Shown here in pieces: positions 42,773-51,236 of a stretch of DNA of 64,000 bases. The stretch is from Candidatus Woesearchaeota archaeon (GTDB lineage Archaea > Nanobdellota > Nanobdellia > Woesearchaeales > JAFGPW01). The stretch covers positions 22,956 to 86,955 of the forward strand of contig JAFGPW010000007.1 in assembly GCA_016935985.1 (NCBI GenBank). Reading direction: 5' to 3'. The position numbers and the translations under genes were made by a program. How positions within the stretch are numbered: position 1 is the first letter of the stretch; every line of letters begins with the position of its first letter. Under the pieces are notes generated by a model that was given only the letters and a program-made list of their open reading frames with translations, did no database searches and had not been told where the DNA came from.

Positions 42773-42963
42773 TCGAGTTCACCCCTCGGTTTTCTTTTTT
42801 ACCCTATCGTACGTGTCGTCGATCGCTGTATCCGGTTGATGCCACATGATACTGATCGATCGTGAACAGGGCAATGGTACGGCCGAACCCCCAGTATTAT
42901 TTAAATTTTTCGCATGATACGGCCTGACATGGCGGAATTCGGCGCTTTTAGCAAGGCAGCACG

Positions 42964-42998
42964 AAAAAAAGGAAAAAGGAAAAAGGAAAAAAAGGGGG
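42964..42998 (-). terminator. (GGAAAAA)n polypurine tract, giving T-runs on the minus strand downstream of gltX
   Basis: AAAAAAAGGAAAAAGGAAAAAGGAAAAAAAGGGGG lies 19 nt beyond the gltX stop. Confidence 0.5.
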
Positions 42999-43016
42999 AC
43001 AGGGGATGGCCCGGGT

Positions 43017-44708
43017 TCACCTGTGCGAGAAGATGAAGACCGGCACCTGCCTGCCGTCCTCGAGCGCCATGTGCGAGTCCAGGCGCACGAAACCGAAGCG
43101 CTCGAACTGGACCTGGTCGCCAACGCTGAGATTCGCGACCCCCGGCTCGGCGATTCCCTGCACGGTCGTGCGGTCGGGCATGAGCACGCGCACCGGGACC
43201 GCGCTGCCATCGTCAGGGAGGAAGTGCATGATGCGCTCGCCCTTCGCCTTATAGGTGGCGACGTCGAGCGAGTCGAACACGAGGCGCTCCCCCTCCTTCC
43301 TGAAGTTGAGGCATTCCATGAGCCGGTAGATCCTGCCCGAGACGAGACCGTCGTAGTCGTGCTTGGTGAGGAAGAAGCCGGTATGGCAAAGGAAGACGCG
43401 CTCGCCCTTCTTCGGGTCGTCGGGATGCCGCTTTATGCGGACCTCCTGCTCGGGCGCGCCGTCGATCCCGACCCGCACCGGATCCCAGACGAAGAAGCAC
43501 CGGTCGGCGATCGCGTCGAGCAGGCGCTTGTTGTGGACGATGAGGTCGTCCCAGGTGAGCGTAGACTCCGATTTCGTGATGCCCGTCGCGAGCACGAACT
43601 CCCTGATGGCCTTCGGCAGGAACCCGCGCCTGCGCAGCGCGACGAGCGTCGCGAGCGAGGGGTCGTCCCAACCCATGAGTTCGCCTGACTGGATGCGCTC
43701 GCGGATCATCCTGCCTGAGGTCTCGACGCCGGAGAGCGTGAACCGCGCGACCTCGAATATCCTCGTCTCCTTGAGGCCGAGTCGCTTCTGGATGTGGCGC
43801 TGGAGCTCGTTGCGCAGCTCGAACTCCTTGCTGCGGATGCGGTGCGTGACCTGCAGCCCGTCCATCACCGCGCTCTCGAAGTCGTAGTTCGGCCAGACGC
43901 GGTACTTCGTGCCGGCACGGGGGTGCGGGTCGTCGATGATCCGGAAGATAGTGGGGTCGCGCATCGCGGTGTTCTGGTGCATGAGGTCGATCCGAGCCCT
44001 GAGCACGGCGAGCCCCTCGTCCTGGTTCTGCATCCTGCGCCAGGCATCGAGGTTCTCAGCGACCGAGGCCTTCCTGCACGCGCAGGCCTTGCCGGTCATC
44101 CGCGAGCGCCGGACCGCTTCCTGCGAGCAGGAGCAGACATAGGCGTCGCCCTGCTCGATGAGCTTCTTCGCGCAGTCGTAGAACCTGATCATGAAATCAG
44201 AGGCATGGACCACCTTGTCCGGCTCGATGCCGAGCCAGGCGAGGTTCTCGAGGATGATGTCGTAGAACTCCTGCTTCGCGAGCTGGGGGTTGGTGTCCTC
44301 GAACCTGAGGATGAAGGTCCCCGAGTGCCGCTTCGCGAGCTCGTAGTTGAGAAGGGCCGCTTTCGCATGCCCGATGTGCGGATACTTCGACGGCTCGGGC
44401 GGGAAGGCGGTCACCACCTTCTCGCCGTCGGGGATACGCAGGAACGCGAAGAGGTCGTGGGCCTTCCCCTCCGCCTTGCGCCCGAGCGCGTCGGGGTCGA
44501 GCGCGAGCAGCCGGTCCTTCCGCTTGCGCGGGGAGAGCTTCACGACCTCGGAGATCACCTCATCAGCGAGGCGGGCGAGCTCCCGCATGTGCCCCTTCAG
44601 CAGCGGGTCCTCGGCGAGCACCTTACCGATCACCGCGCCCTTGGAGGGCGCGCCGAACTTCAGCGCGTTCGCGAGCGCATGGCGCTCGATGAGGTTCCGG
44701 TCAATCAT
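43017..44708 (-). CDS. gltX: Glutamyl-tRNA synthetase (archaeal GlxRS type)
   Basis: FPPEPSKYPHIGHAKAALLN (HIGH). About 560 aa with class Ic architecture. TATA-like CATTAAAATAC lies about 25 nt upstream. Confidence 0.9.
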   Translation of the reverse strand: MIDRNLIERHALANALKFGAPSKGAVIGKVLAEDPLLKGHMRELARLADEVISEVVKLSPRKRKDRLLALDPDALGRKAEGKAHDLFAFLRIPDGEKVVTAFPPEPSKYPHIGHAKAALLNYELAKRHSGTFILRFEDTNPQLAKQEFYDIILENLAWLGIEPDKVVHASDFMIRFYDCAKKLIEQGDAYVCSCSQEAVRRSRMTGKACACRKASVAENLDAWRRMQNQDEGLAVLRARIDLMHQNTAMRDPTIFRIIDDPHPRAGTKYRVWPNYDFESAVMDGLQVTHRIRSKEFELRNELQRHIQKRLGLKETRIFEVARFTLSGVETSGRMIRERIQSGELMGWDDPSLATLVALRRRGFLPKAIREFVLATGITKSESTLTWDDLIVHNKRLLDAIADRCFFVWDPVRVGIDGAPEQEVRIKRHPDDPKKGERVFLCHTGFFLTKHDYDGLVSGRIYRLMECLNFRKEGERLVFDSLDVATYKAKGERIMHFLPDDGSAVPVRVLMPDRTTVQGIAEPGVANLSVGDQVQFERFGFVRLDSHMALEDGRQVPVFIFSHR

Positions 44709-45030
44709 GGCCTTCCCGATTGCCCGGGTCGTATTTTAATGTTTCCCTCGGCTGGCGAGGATGATGCTTCCGGCCAGCGGATGGCGCTGCCGCCTCCTCC
44801 CCTAGAAAGGGGTTTCCATATTGAAAAGAAATGAGAACAGGGTGAGGAACAACCTTTTTCCGACGGAAGAAGCGTATTCCGGCTGCTGTTCGGCGAACCG
44901 GGAATGGAATCGAAAACTTTATTAACAACCTTGTTTATAAATAATCACACGTGCCGATTCGGCGCGTTCACACACAAAGACTAGAGGTGGGATTCCACAT
45001 CCCATTTTCTTTTTTTAGGGGCAATCGATC

Positions 45031-45246
45031 ATGGCCAAACGTACCAGTGTGCTACCTAAGGCGCCGCTGGGAAGGATTCTCTTGAACGCGGGCGCGAAAC
45101 GGGTTTCGCAGGAGTCTGTCGACGCGTTCGCCGACGTGCTCGAGGAGATTCTCGAAGACATCGCGACGCAGGCCTCGAAAATCGCGCGGCACGCGGGGCG
45201 CAAGACCGTGCAGGAGTCTGACATCAGACTCGCGGCGAAGCAGTAG
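45031..45246 (+). CDS. Archaeal histone (HMf family)
   Basis: LPKAPLGRILLNAGAKRVSQESVDAFADVLEEILEDIATQASKIARHAGRKTVQESDIRLAAK. Confidence 0.9.
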   Translation: MAKRTSVLPKAPLGRILLNAGAKRVSQESVDAFADVLEEILEDIATQASKIARHAGRKTVQESDIRLAAKQ

Positions 45247-45256
45247 GAGCCCCGGA

Positions 45257-45586
45257 TCATCGGGCGTTCTTCCTCCTCTTCTCTATCTCTTTCCTGAATG
45301 CGACGACACCCTCCCTGCCGATGGTCGGGAACAGGTCCAGGTAGCCGCAGCCGTTGCATACGTACCGGTCGGGGAGCACTCCAGTGAGCGAGGCGCCCCC
45401 GGATCCGGGAGACCGCGGAGAGATATCGGTGCTGCCGCACCGCGGGCAGATCCTGACGCCAGGGAGATAGGCGGCCCGTCCGCTGAGCCTGCGCAGCAGA
45501 CGGATGAGCAGACAGATGGCAAGAAAGGTGATGATGAGCGTGATCGCATACGCGAGCCAGGCAGCCACGCGCTCACCTGAGTTCAC
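45257..45586 (-). CDS. Membrane-anchored zinc-ribbon protein (hypothetical)
   Basis: N-terminal TM helix (WLAYAITLIITFLAICLLI) followed by CPRCG...CNGCG. Confidence 0.5.
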   Translation of the reverse strand: MNSGERVAAWLAYAITLIITFLAICLLIRLLRRLSGRAAYLPGVRICPRCGSTDISPRSPGSGGASLTGVLPDRYVCNGCGYLDLFPTIGREGVVAFRKEIEKRRKNAR

Positions 45587-45965
45587 GAAGCCACATCAGC
45601 CCTACCTTGATCATCGCCTTGTTGAACTTGTCGCTGATGCGGTAGGTCTTCTTGTAGAGGTCATAGTCGATGAGGCCCATCGCCTTCATCGGGGTGAGGA
45701 TGCGGTCGTAGAACTGGCGCTTGTTGTAGGATATCTTGACCTTCTTGCCCTTGTACTGCGGAGTGTCGAGCACGGTGATGAGGTTGCCTTCATGGAGCGC
45801 GGTCGCGAACATGCTCATCTCGGTCTTGCCCATCTCGCCCTCGTGACGCTTGAGTTCGTCGATGAGGAGCTTTCCCACGATCCGCTGCTGCTCGGTCGCG
45901 AAGATGATCTCATAGATGTCTTCAGGCAGGTTGAACCGGTCGAACAGTATGACCACACTATACAC
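45573..45965 (-). CDS. Hypothetical protein (130 aa)
   Basis: GTG at 45965 lies about 30 nt downstream of TATA-like CATTTATATATCAG. The upstream part of the track ORF is Arg/Ser/Cys-rich and crosses tRNA-Ala on the opposite strand. Confidence 0.5.
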   Translation of the reverse strand: MYSVVILFDRFNLPEDIYEIIFATEQQRIVGKLLIDELKRHEGEMGKTEMSMFATALHEGNLITVLDTPQYKGKKVKISYNKRQFYDRILTPMKAMGLIDYDLYKKTYRISDKFNKAMIKVGLMWLRELR

Positions 45966-46087
45966 CCCCAGATATGCGGGTAAGCCACACTGATATATAA
46001 ATGTTCCTTTTTCTATAGTGGTGGCGGTGAATCGTCGAATACTATAACGATGCGGGCACCGGGATAGAAGACGCGGTCTCGAGGAAA

Positions 46088-46100
46088 AATTTTTATAGCC
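46088..46100 (+). promoter_or_regulatory. TATA-like box (AATTTTTATAGCC) for tRNA-Ala
   Basis: 25-37 nt upstream of 46125. Confidence 0.45.
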
Positions 46101-46124
46101 GTTGGGTATCCTGCAGCTGCATAC

Positions 46125-46241
46125 GGGCTTGTAGCTCAGTCTGGTAGAGCGCCTGGTTGGCATACGGAAGACAGGGTCTCCCGATCCTGTCCTTCCAGTC
46201 CAGAAATCAGGAGGCCTCGGGTTCGAATCCCGACAAGTCCA
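46125..46241 (+). tRNA. tRNA-Ala (anticodon GGC) with a 43-nt intron at the canonical 37/38 position (46163-46205)
   Basis: Acceptor GGGCTTG/CAAGTCC with the G3:U70 Ala identity pair. D-arm GCTC-AGTCTGGTA-GAGC. Anticodon stem CCTGG/TCAGG. T-arm TCGGG-TTCGAAT-CCCGA. The intron forms a GGAAGACAGG/CCTGTCCTTCC hairpin. Confidence 0.85.
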
Positions 46242-46358
46242 TTCCGAAGGGATGGAATTGGCGGTCCAACAGCATAGCTGTTGTTTACCGACAAGTCCAC
46301 TTCGGAGAAGGGGGTTGTCGGCTCAGCAACGGATGTCGCGGCATGCCGACAATTCCAC
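46230..46358 (+). repeat. Three direct copies of the tRNA-Ala 3' end (CCGACAAGTCCA / CCGACAAGTCCA / CCGACAATTCCA) at an exact 58-bp period
   Basis: Copies start at 46230 (inside the tRNA), 46288 and 46346. The intervening units are loosely similar to each other. Confidence 0.75.
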
Positions 46359-46385
46359 TCATGTTTTTCGTAGGGGGTGACGCGC

Positions 46386-46796
46386 ATGACCGATTGCATC
46401 TTCTGCAGGATCGCGAAGGGCGAGATCCCGTCGGCGAAGGTCTTCGAGGACGCGGAGCACATCGCGTTCCTCGACATCAGCCCGGTGAACAAGGGGCATA
46501 CGCTCGTGGTGCCGAAGGCGCACGTGGAGACCATGCTCGACATGGATTCCCGCGCCTGGATGCGGCTGATGGGGCGCTCGCGCGCGATCGCGAAGGCGAT
46601 CGTCAAGGCGACCGGCTGCGACGGCTACAACGTCTTCATGAACAACCGGCCGTCGGCAGGGCAGGAGGTGCCGCATGCGCACATCCACATCATCCCGCGC
46701 TTTTCCGGCGACGGCAGGACCAAGCGGTGGGACAAGGTCGCGTACGCCGAAGGCGAACTGCAGTCGACCGCTGCTGCGATCAAGCACAACCTTTAA
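46386..46796 (+). CDS. HIT-family nucleotide hydrolase (canonical histidine triad)
   Basis: MTDCIFCRIAKGEIPS...GQEVPHAHIHIIPR (HxHxHxx). Confidence 0.9.
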   Translation: MTDCIFCRIAKGEIPSAKVFEDAEHIAFLDISPVNKGHTLVVPKAHVETMLDMDSRAWMRLMGRSRAIAKAIVKATGCDGYNVFMNNRPSAGQEVPHAHIHIIPRFSGDGRTKRWDKVAYAEGELQSTAAAIKHNL

Positions 46797-46800
46797 ATAC
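46791..46800 (+). promoter_or_regulatory. TATA-like box (CTTTAAATAC) for tRNA-CAU
   Basis: 35-44 nt upstream of 46835. Overlaps the HIT stop codon. Confidence 0.35.
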
Positions 46801-46834
46801 GGTCGAGGATTCTTCCGGGCTGCTGGGCGACTGT

Positions 46835-46967
46835 GCCGCCCTAGCTCAGTCGGTTAGAGCGCTACGCTCATAAGCTGTATGAGCGATGAGGAGGGCATCC
46901 CCTCCGATGAACGAGACCATGTAGCGCGGAAACGTAGAGGTCCGGGGTTCAAGTCCCCGGGGCGGCA
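46835..46967 (+). tRNA. tRNA with CAU anticodon (elongator Met or Ile2) carrying a 59-nt intron at 37/38 (46873-46931)
   Basis: Acceptor GCCGCCC/GGGCGGC. D-arm GCTC-AGTCGGTTA-GAGC. Anticodon stem CTACG/CGTAG with loop CTCATA|A. T-arm CGGGG-TTCAAGT-CCCCG. Confidence 0.85.
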
Positions 46968-47001
46968 CTTTTTTCTATAATATTCTTTTTTCTATAATAT
47001 T
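46968..47001 (+). repeat. Perfect 17-bp tandem duplication (CTTTTTTCTATAATATT x2) immediately 3' of the tRNA
   Basis: 46968-46984 equals 46985-47001. T-runs may also serve as the tRNA terminator. Confidence 0.8.
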
Positions 47002-47210
47002 TATTTCTTTTTCCGACTCTTTCGTGTCGAGATTAGGGTGACAAGGCCTAATAGTAGATAGCACATTAGACCAGCTCCAAATCGCTTCCAAAACCCAGTA
47101 ACGCCCATAAAGTTAGAAAAAGTATCACTAAACCAGAAAAGAATTCCTGTAATACCCAAGACTACATCAACAATAATAGTGGTACTAATATTGAAGTCAA
47201 ACATAGACAC
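47001..47210 (-). CDS. Small membrane protein (hypothetical) inside an AT-rich islet
   Basis: 69 aa with two TM helices and an RKSRKKK tail. AT-rich codons, unlike the rest of the window. Confidence 0.4.
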   Translation of the reverse strand: MSMFDFNISTTIIVDVVLGITGILFWFSDTFSNFMGVTGFWKRFGAGLMCYLLLGLVTLISTRKSRKKK

Positions 47211-47258
47211 AGGGGAGGAAGTGTAGGTAGATAAGGATTATTGTTATGAAGAAGAGAA

Positions 47259-47570
47259 TCAGACGTCGATCATCTCGATCTCGATGTTGAGGCCCTCGGG
47301 CACCGGCACGCGCATGACGAGGCGCAGCGCGCGCTCGTCGATCCCGAGGTCGATCAGCCTTTTATGGATGCGCATCTCGTAGCGCTCCCACGACGCCTTC
47401 CCCTCGCCTGAGGGAGACTTCCTCGTGGTCACGCGCAGCTTCTTGGTAGGAAGAGGGATGGGCCCGCGCATCTCGACGCCGGTCTTCTCCGCGATGTCGC
47501 AGATGTACTGGCAGGTCTTGTTGATCTTGTCGATATCCGTGCTCGCGAGCTTGATCCTTGCTTTCTGCAT
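47259..47570 (-). CDS. rps10: 30S ribosomal protein S10 (uS10)
   Basis: [56 protein letters not shown]...[14 protein letters not shown]. Confidence 0.95.
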   Translation of the reverse strand: MQKARIKLASTDIDKINKTCQYICDIAEKTGVEMRGPIPLPTKKLRVTTRKSPSGEGKASWERYEMRIHKRLIDLGIDERALRLVMRVPVPEGLNIEIEMIDV

Positions 47571-47591
47571 CGTCTCCTCGGGAATCTCAGG

Positions 47592-47606
47592 GTCTTTTTA
47601 AATCTT
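47592..47606 (-). promoter_or_regulatory. TATA-like box (minus strand AAGATTTAAAAAGAC) for rps10
   Basis: 22-36 nt upstream of ATG 47570. Preceded by a T-run after the tuf stop. Confidence 0.4.
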
Positions 47607-47704
47607 TGGGTGGCTCACCGAGCCCGGATGTGCGTCATGATAAGCGTCCGGTTCACCATGATGGGGAATCCCTTCAAAGGGAAAAAAGGGTGAGGATTAG
47701 GTCC

Positions 47705-48985
47705 TCACTTCTTGACCAGGTCGGTGCACATGCCTGCAGCCACGGTCTGGCCGGAGTCGCGGATCGCGAAGCGCGACATCTGGGGGATGTCCTTCTGCTT
47801 CTCGATCACGAGCGGCTGGATCGGCTTGATCGTCACGATCGCGGCGTCCCCGTTCTTGATGAAGTCCGGGTTCTCCTGGAGCACCTCGCCCGTCGCCGGG
47901 TTGAGCTTCTTCTTGATCGCGGTGATCTGGCAGGCGACCTGCGCGGTGTGGATGTGGAACACCGGCGTGTAGCCCACCGTCATGACGGACGGATGGTTCA
48001 GGACCACGATCTGCGCGGTGAACTCGGTCGCCACCGTCGGCGGGTTGTCGGCAGGGCCGATCACGTCGCCGCGCGCGATGTCCTTCTTGCCGAAGCCGCG
48101 CACGTTGAAGCCGATGTTGTCGCCTGGCTCGGCGGACTGCATCTGCTCGTGGTGCATCTCGATCGACTTGACCTCGCCGGGGACTCCCTTGCCCTCGCGG
48201 CCGGGCATCGCGATGACCTTGTCGCCGATCTTGACGACGCCGGTCTCGACGCGGCCGACCGGGACGACCCCGATGCCGGTGATGTTGTAGACGTCCTGGA
48301 TCGGCAGCCGCAGCGGCAGCTGCGTCGGCTTCTCCGGCTCCTTGAGGTTGTCGATCGCCTCGTAGAGCGTGGGACCCGCGTACCAGGCCATCTTCTGCGT
48401 CTTCTTGAAGACGTTGTCGCCGGGAAGCGATGCGAGCGGCACGAACTGGATCTCCGCCGGGTTGTAGCCGACGGTCTTGAGGAGCGTCGAGACGTCCGAC
48501 TTTATCTTGTCGAAGACCGCTTGGGAATAGTCCTTCATGTCCATCTTGTTGATCGCGACGATGAGCTGGTTGACGCCGAGCGTCCTCGAGAGGAAGACGT
48601 GCTCCTTCGTCTGCGCCATCACGCCGTCGTTCGCGGCGACGACGAGCACTCCCGCGTCCGCCTGGGACGCGCCGGTGATCATGTTCTTGATGAAGTCCCG
48701 GTGGCCGGGAGCGTCGATGATCGTCAGGTAGTACTTCGGCGTGTCGAAGCGCTTGTGCGCGAGGTCGATGGTGACGCCGCGTTCCCGCTCCTCCTTGAGG
48801 TTGTCCATGACGAACGCGAACTCGAACCCGCCCTTGCCGAGCTCCTCCGCCTTCTCCTTGAGCTTGCGCATCTGCTGCTCATCGATGTTGCCGGAATCGA
48901 ACAGCAGGCGGCCCACCGTGGTGGATTTGCCGTGGTCGACATGCCCGACGAACACCAGGTTTATGTGCGTCTTGTCCTTTGCCAT
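47705..48985 (-). CDS. tuf: Translation elongation factor aEF-1alpha
   Basis: [28 protein letters not shown]...DAPGHRDF...NKMD. Ends in TGA. SD GGAGGGGT lies upstream. Confidence 0.97.
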   Translation of the reverse strand: MAKDKTHINLVFVGHVDHGKSTTVGRLLFDSGNIDEQQMRKLKEKAEELGKGGFEFAFVMDNLKEERERGVTIDLAHKRFDTPKYYLTIIDAPGHRDFIKNMITGASQADAGVLVVAANDGVMAQTKEHVFLSRTLGVNQLIVAINKMDMKDYSQAVFDKIKSDVSTLLKTVGYNPAEIQFVPLASLPGDNVFKKTQKMAWYAGPTLYEAIDNLKEPEKPTQLPLRLPIQDVYNITGIGVVPVGRVETGVVKIGDKVIAMPGREGKGVPGEVKSIEMHHEQMQSAEPGDNIGFNVRGFGKKDIARGDVIGPADNPPTVATEFTAQIVVLNHPSVMTVGYTPVFHIHTAQVACQITAIKKKLNPATGEVLQENPDFIKNGDAAIVTIKPIQPLVIEKQKDIPQMSRFAIRDSGQTVAAGMCTDLVKK

Positions 48986-49047
48986 TTGCGTAACCCCTCC
49001 AAATTCCTTTTTGGGATAATGCTGATCACCCTGCGGATTCCGCCGCA

Positions 49048-49060
49048 GTATTTAAATGTT
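49048..49060 (-). promoter_or_regulatory. TATA-like box (minus strand AACATTTAAATAC) for tuf
   Basis: About 65-75 nt upstream of ATG 48985. The leader contains the hairpin CTGCGG-CGGAAT-CCGCAG and an SD. Confidence 0.4.
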
Positions 49061-49076
49061 TCTGTTGCTCTCCCGT

Positions 49077-51236
49077 CTATTCCTCGACCTTCAGTCCCTT
49101 CCTGTCGCGGATCTGCCTGACTATCTTCCCCTGCATCTCGTCAGGCAGGCGCTCGAAGGTCTGGTCGACGAGCGAGAACGACCCGCGTCCGCCGGTGGCG
49201 CTCCGGAGCTCGCTCGAGAACCCGAACATCTCGCCGACCGGGATCTTCCCGATCACGACCACCAACTCGCCTTCCTGGTTCATCTCCAGCAGCATGCCGC
49301 GCTTGTTCGAGATGAGCTTGGAGAGCTCGCCCATGTACTCGTTCGGCGCCTCGAAGCGGAGCGTCTGCAGCGGCTCGAGCAGGACCGGGTTCGCGGTGCC
49401 CATCGTGCCCCTGATGCCCTCGCGGATCGCCGGGTAGACCTGCGCCGGCCCGCGGTGGATAGCGTCCTCGTGGAGCTTGGTGTCCTCCAGGTAGATCATC
49501 ACGTTGTGGCACGGCTCGCGCGCCACCGGCCCCGCGTTCATCACGTCCTCGAACATGTCGAGCACCATCTCGAGCACCTCGCCGATATGGACGACGCCGC
49601 GCGTGTTCTCGATGAACATGTTGCCGTTGAAGATGTCCTTCACCTTCAGGGCCATCTTCGAGTCCAGGCCGAGCTCGACGAGCTTGTCGCGCAGCTCCAG
49701 GTCCTTCTTCTTGATCCGCATCTCGGGGAGGTCCCCTGCCTTGATCGCCTCCTGGATGTTCTTCGGCATGGGCTTCACCGTGAAGTAGAACTTGTTGTGC
49801 TTGTTCGGGGACTTCCCCTCGAACTCCTGGCCTTCCCGCGTTATCGTCTCACGGTAGACCACGATCGGCGACGAGGTCTTGACGTCGAGGCCCTTCTCGG
49901 TCCTGATGCGGTTCTCGATGACCTCCAGGTGGAGCTCGCCCATGCCGCTGATCAGGTACTCGCCGGTCTCCTCGTTGATCTCGATCTTGAGCGTCGGGTC
50001 CTCCTTTCCCACCCTCTTCAGGATCTCGATGAGCTTGGGGAGGTCCGCCGGCTTCGTCGCCTCGATCGCCTTCGTCATCACCGGCTCGAAGATGTGCTTG
50101 ATCTGCTCGAACGGCTCGATGTTCACGCTCGCGACTGTCTCGCCGGGCATGCCCTTGAGGCCCGCGACGCCGATGATGTTCCCGGCAGGCACGTTGTCGA
50201 CGATCTCGCGCTTGGCGCCGTTGTAGACGAAGACCTGCTGCACGCGCAGCTGCTGCTTCTGGCGGGTCAGGAAGACGTCCATTCCCTTGCGGATCGTTCC
50301 GGAGAAGAGCCTGCCGGCGGAGATCTCGCCCGCCTGCGGGTCGACCACGATCTTGGTGATGACGAATGTCATCGGCCCCTTCGGGTCGCAGGTGACGAGC
50401 GCCTTCCCTTCGGCCGACTCCAGGTCGCCGTGCCAGAGCTTGGGCACGCGGTACCCTTGCGCCTGCACCGGATCGGGCAGGTGCCGGATGACGGCGTTGA
50501 GAATGACCTCGTGGAGCGGCGCCTTCTTGCCGAGATCCTTCCAGGTGTCGTTCATGTAGGCGTCGATGATCTCCTTGAACGAGATCCCCTTCCGCTGCAT
50601 GTACGGCACCGACATCGCCCAGTTGTGGAAGGCGCTGCCGAAGCAGACGCTCCCGTCCTGGACGTTCACCTGCCACTTCTCGCCGTACTCCCCCGGCGCG
50701 ATCTTCCTGATGAGCTTGTTGACGTCGCCGATGATCCTGATGAACCGCTCCTGCATCTTCTCGGGCGTCAGCTGGATCTCTTTTATCAGCCGGTCCACCT
50801 TGTTGATGAAGAGGAGGGGCTTGACGCGCTCTTTGAGCGCCTGGCGCAACACCGTCTCGGTCTGGGGCATGATGCCTTCCACCGCGCAGCAGAGCACGAC
50901 CGCGCCGTCGACCGCGCGCATCGCGCGCGTCACGTCGCCGCCGAAGTCAACGTGGCCAGGAGTGTCGATGAGGTTGATGAGATAATCCTCGCCCTCGAGC
51001 TTGTGCACCATCGATACCGACGCCGAGTCGATCGTGATGCCGCGCTGCTGCTCGTCCTCATGGAAGTCGAGCACGAGCTGCTTTCCCGCGAGCTCCTCAG
51101 AGATCATCCCCGCGCCTGCGAGGAGGTTGTCCGAGAACGTGGTCTTCCCATGGTCGATGTGCGCCGCGATGCCGATGTTCCTGATGTGGGTCGGGTTGCC
51201 CACGAGTCCCATCACCCGTTCGACCATCTTCGCCAT
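49077..51236 (-). CDS. fusA: Translation elongation factor aEF-2
   Basis: ATG 51236: MAKMVERVMGLVGNPTHIRNIGIAAHIDHGKTT...DTPGHVDF. Diphthamide-site context HEDAIHRGPAQ. The start overlaps the ndk stop (TGATG). Confidence 0.97.
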   Translation of the reverse strand: MAKMVERVMGLVGNPTHIRNIGIAAHIDHGKTTFSDNLLAGAGMISEELAGKQLVLDFHEDEQQRGITIDSASVSMVHKLEGEDYLINLIDTPGHVDFGGDVTRAMRAVDGAVVLCCAVEGIMPQTETVLRQALKERVKPLLFINKVDRLIKEIQLTPEKMQERFIRIIGDVNKLIRKIAPGEYGEKWQVNVQDGSVCFGSAFHNWAMSVPYMQRKGISFKEIIDAYMNDTWKDLGKKAPLHEVILNAVIRHLPDPVQAQGYRVPKLWHGDLESAEGKALVTCDPKGPMTFVITKIVVDPQAGEISAGRLFSGTIRKGMDVFLTRQKQQLRVQQVFVYNGAKREIVDNVPAGNIIGVAGLKGMPGETVASVNIEPFEQIKHIFEPVMTKAIEATKPADLPKLIEILKRVGKEDPTLKIEINEETGEYLISGMGELHLEVIENRIRTEKGLDVKTSSPIVVYRETITREGQEFEGKSPNKHNKFYFTVKPMPKNIQEAIKAGDLPEMRIKKKDLELRDKLVELGLDSKMALKVKDIFNGNMFIENTRGVVHIGEVLEMVLDMFEDVMNAGPVAREPCHNVMIYLEDTKLHEDAIHRGPAQVYPAIREGIRGTMGTANPVLLEPLQTLRFEAPNEYMGELSKLISNKRGMLLEMNQEGELVVVIGKIPVGEMFGFSSELRSATGGRGSFSLVDQTFERLPDEMQGKIVRQIRDRKGLKVEE

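Noticed and set aside
42964-42998. Short-period purine repeats (GGAAAAA)n here and at 36779-36808, considered as CRISPR-like or satellite arrays.
   Set aside because: The period is only 6-7 bp, there are no spacers, and each lies directly downstream of a minus-strand gene where it gives oligo-T runs. These are most simply transcription terminators.
44709-44930. Possible ncRNA in the gltX-histone intergenic region, with hairpins GCTGGC...GCCAGC and CCCC-TAGAAA-GGGG and a box C-like GGATGATGC.
   Set aside because: The box does not match RUGAUGA. No box D or conserved structure is recognisable. The bidirectional TATA at about 44731-44743 is already explained by gltX.
46835-46967. The CAU-anticodon tRNA as an initiator tRNA.
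   Set aside because: It has a G1:C72 acceptor end and a CTACG/CGTAG anticodon stem. Archaeal initiators have an A1:U72 pair and three consecutive G:C pairs. It is therefore an elongator Met or Ile2 tRNA, and these two cannot be told apart by eye.
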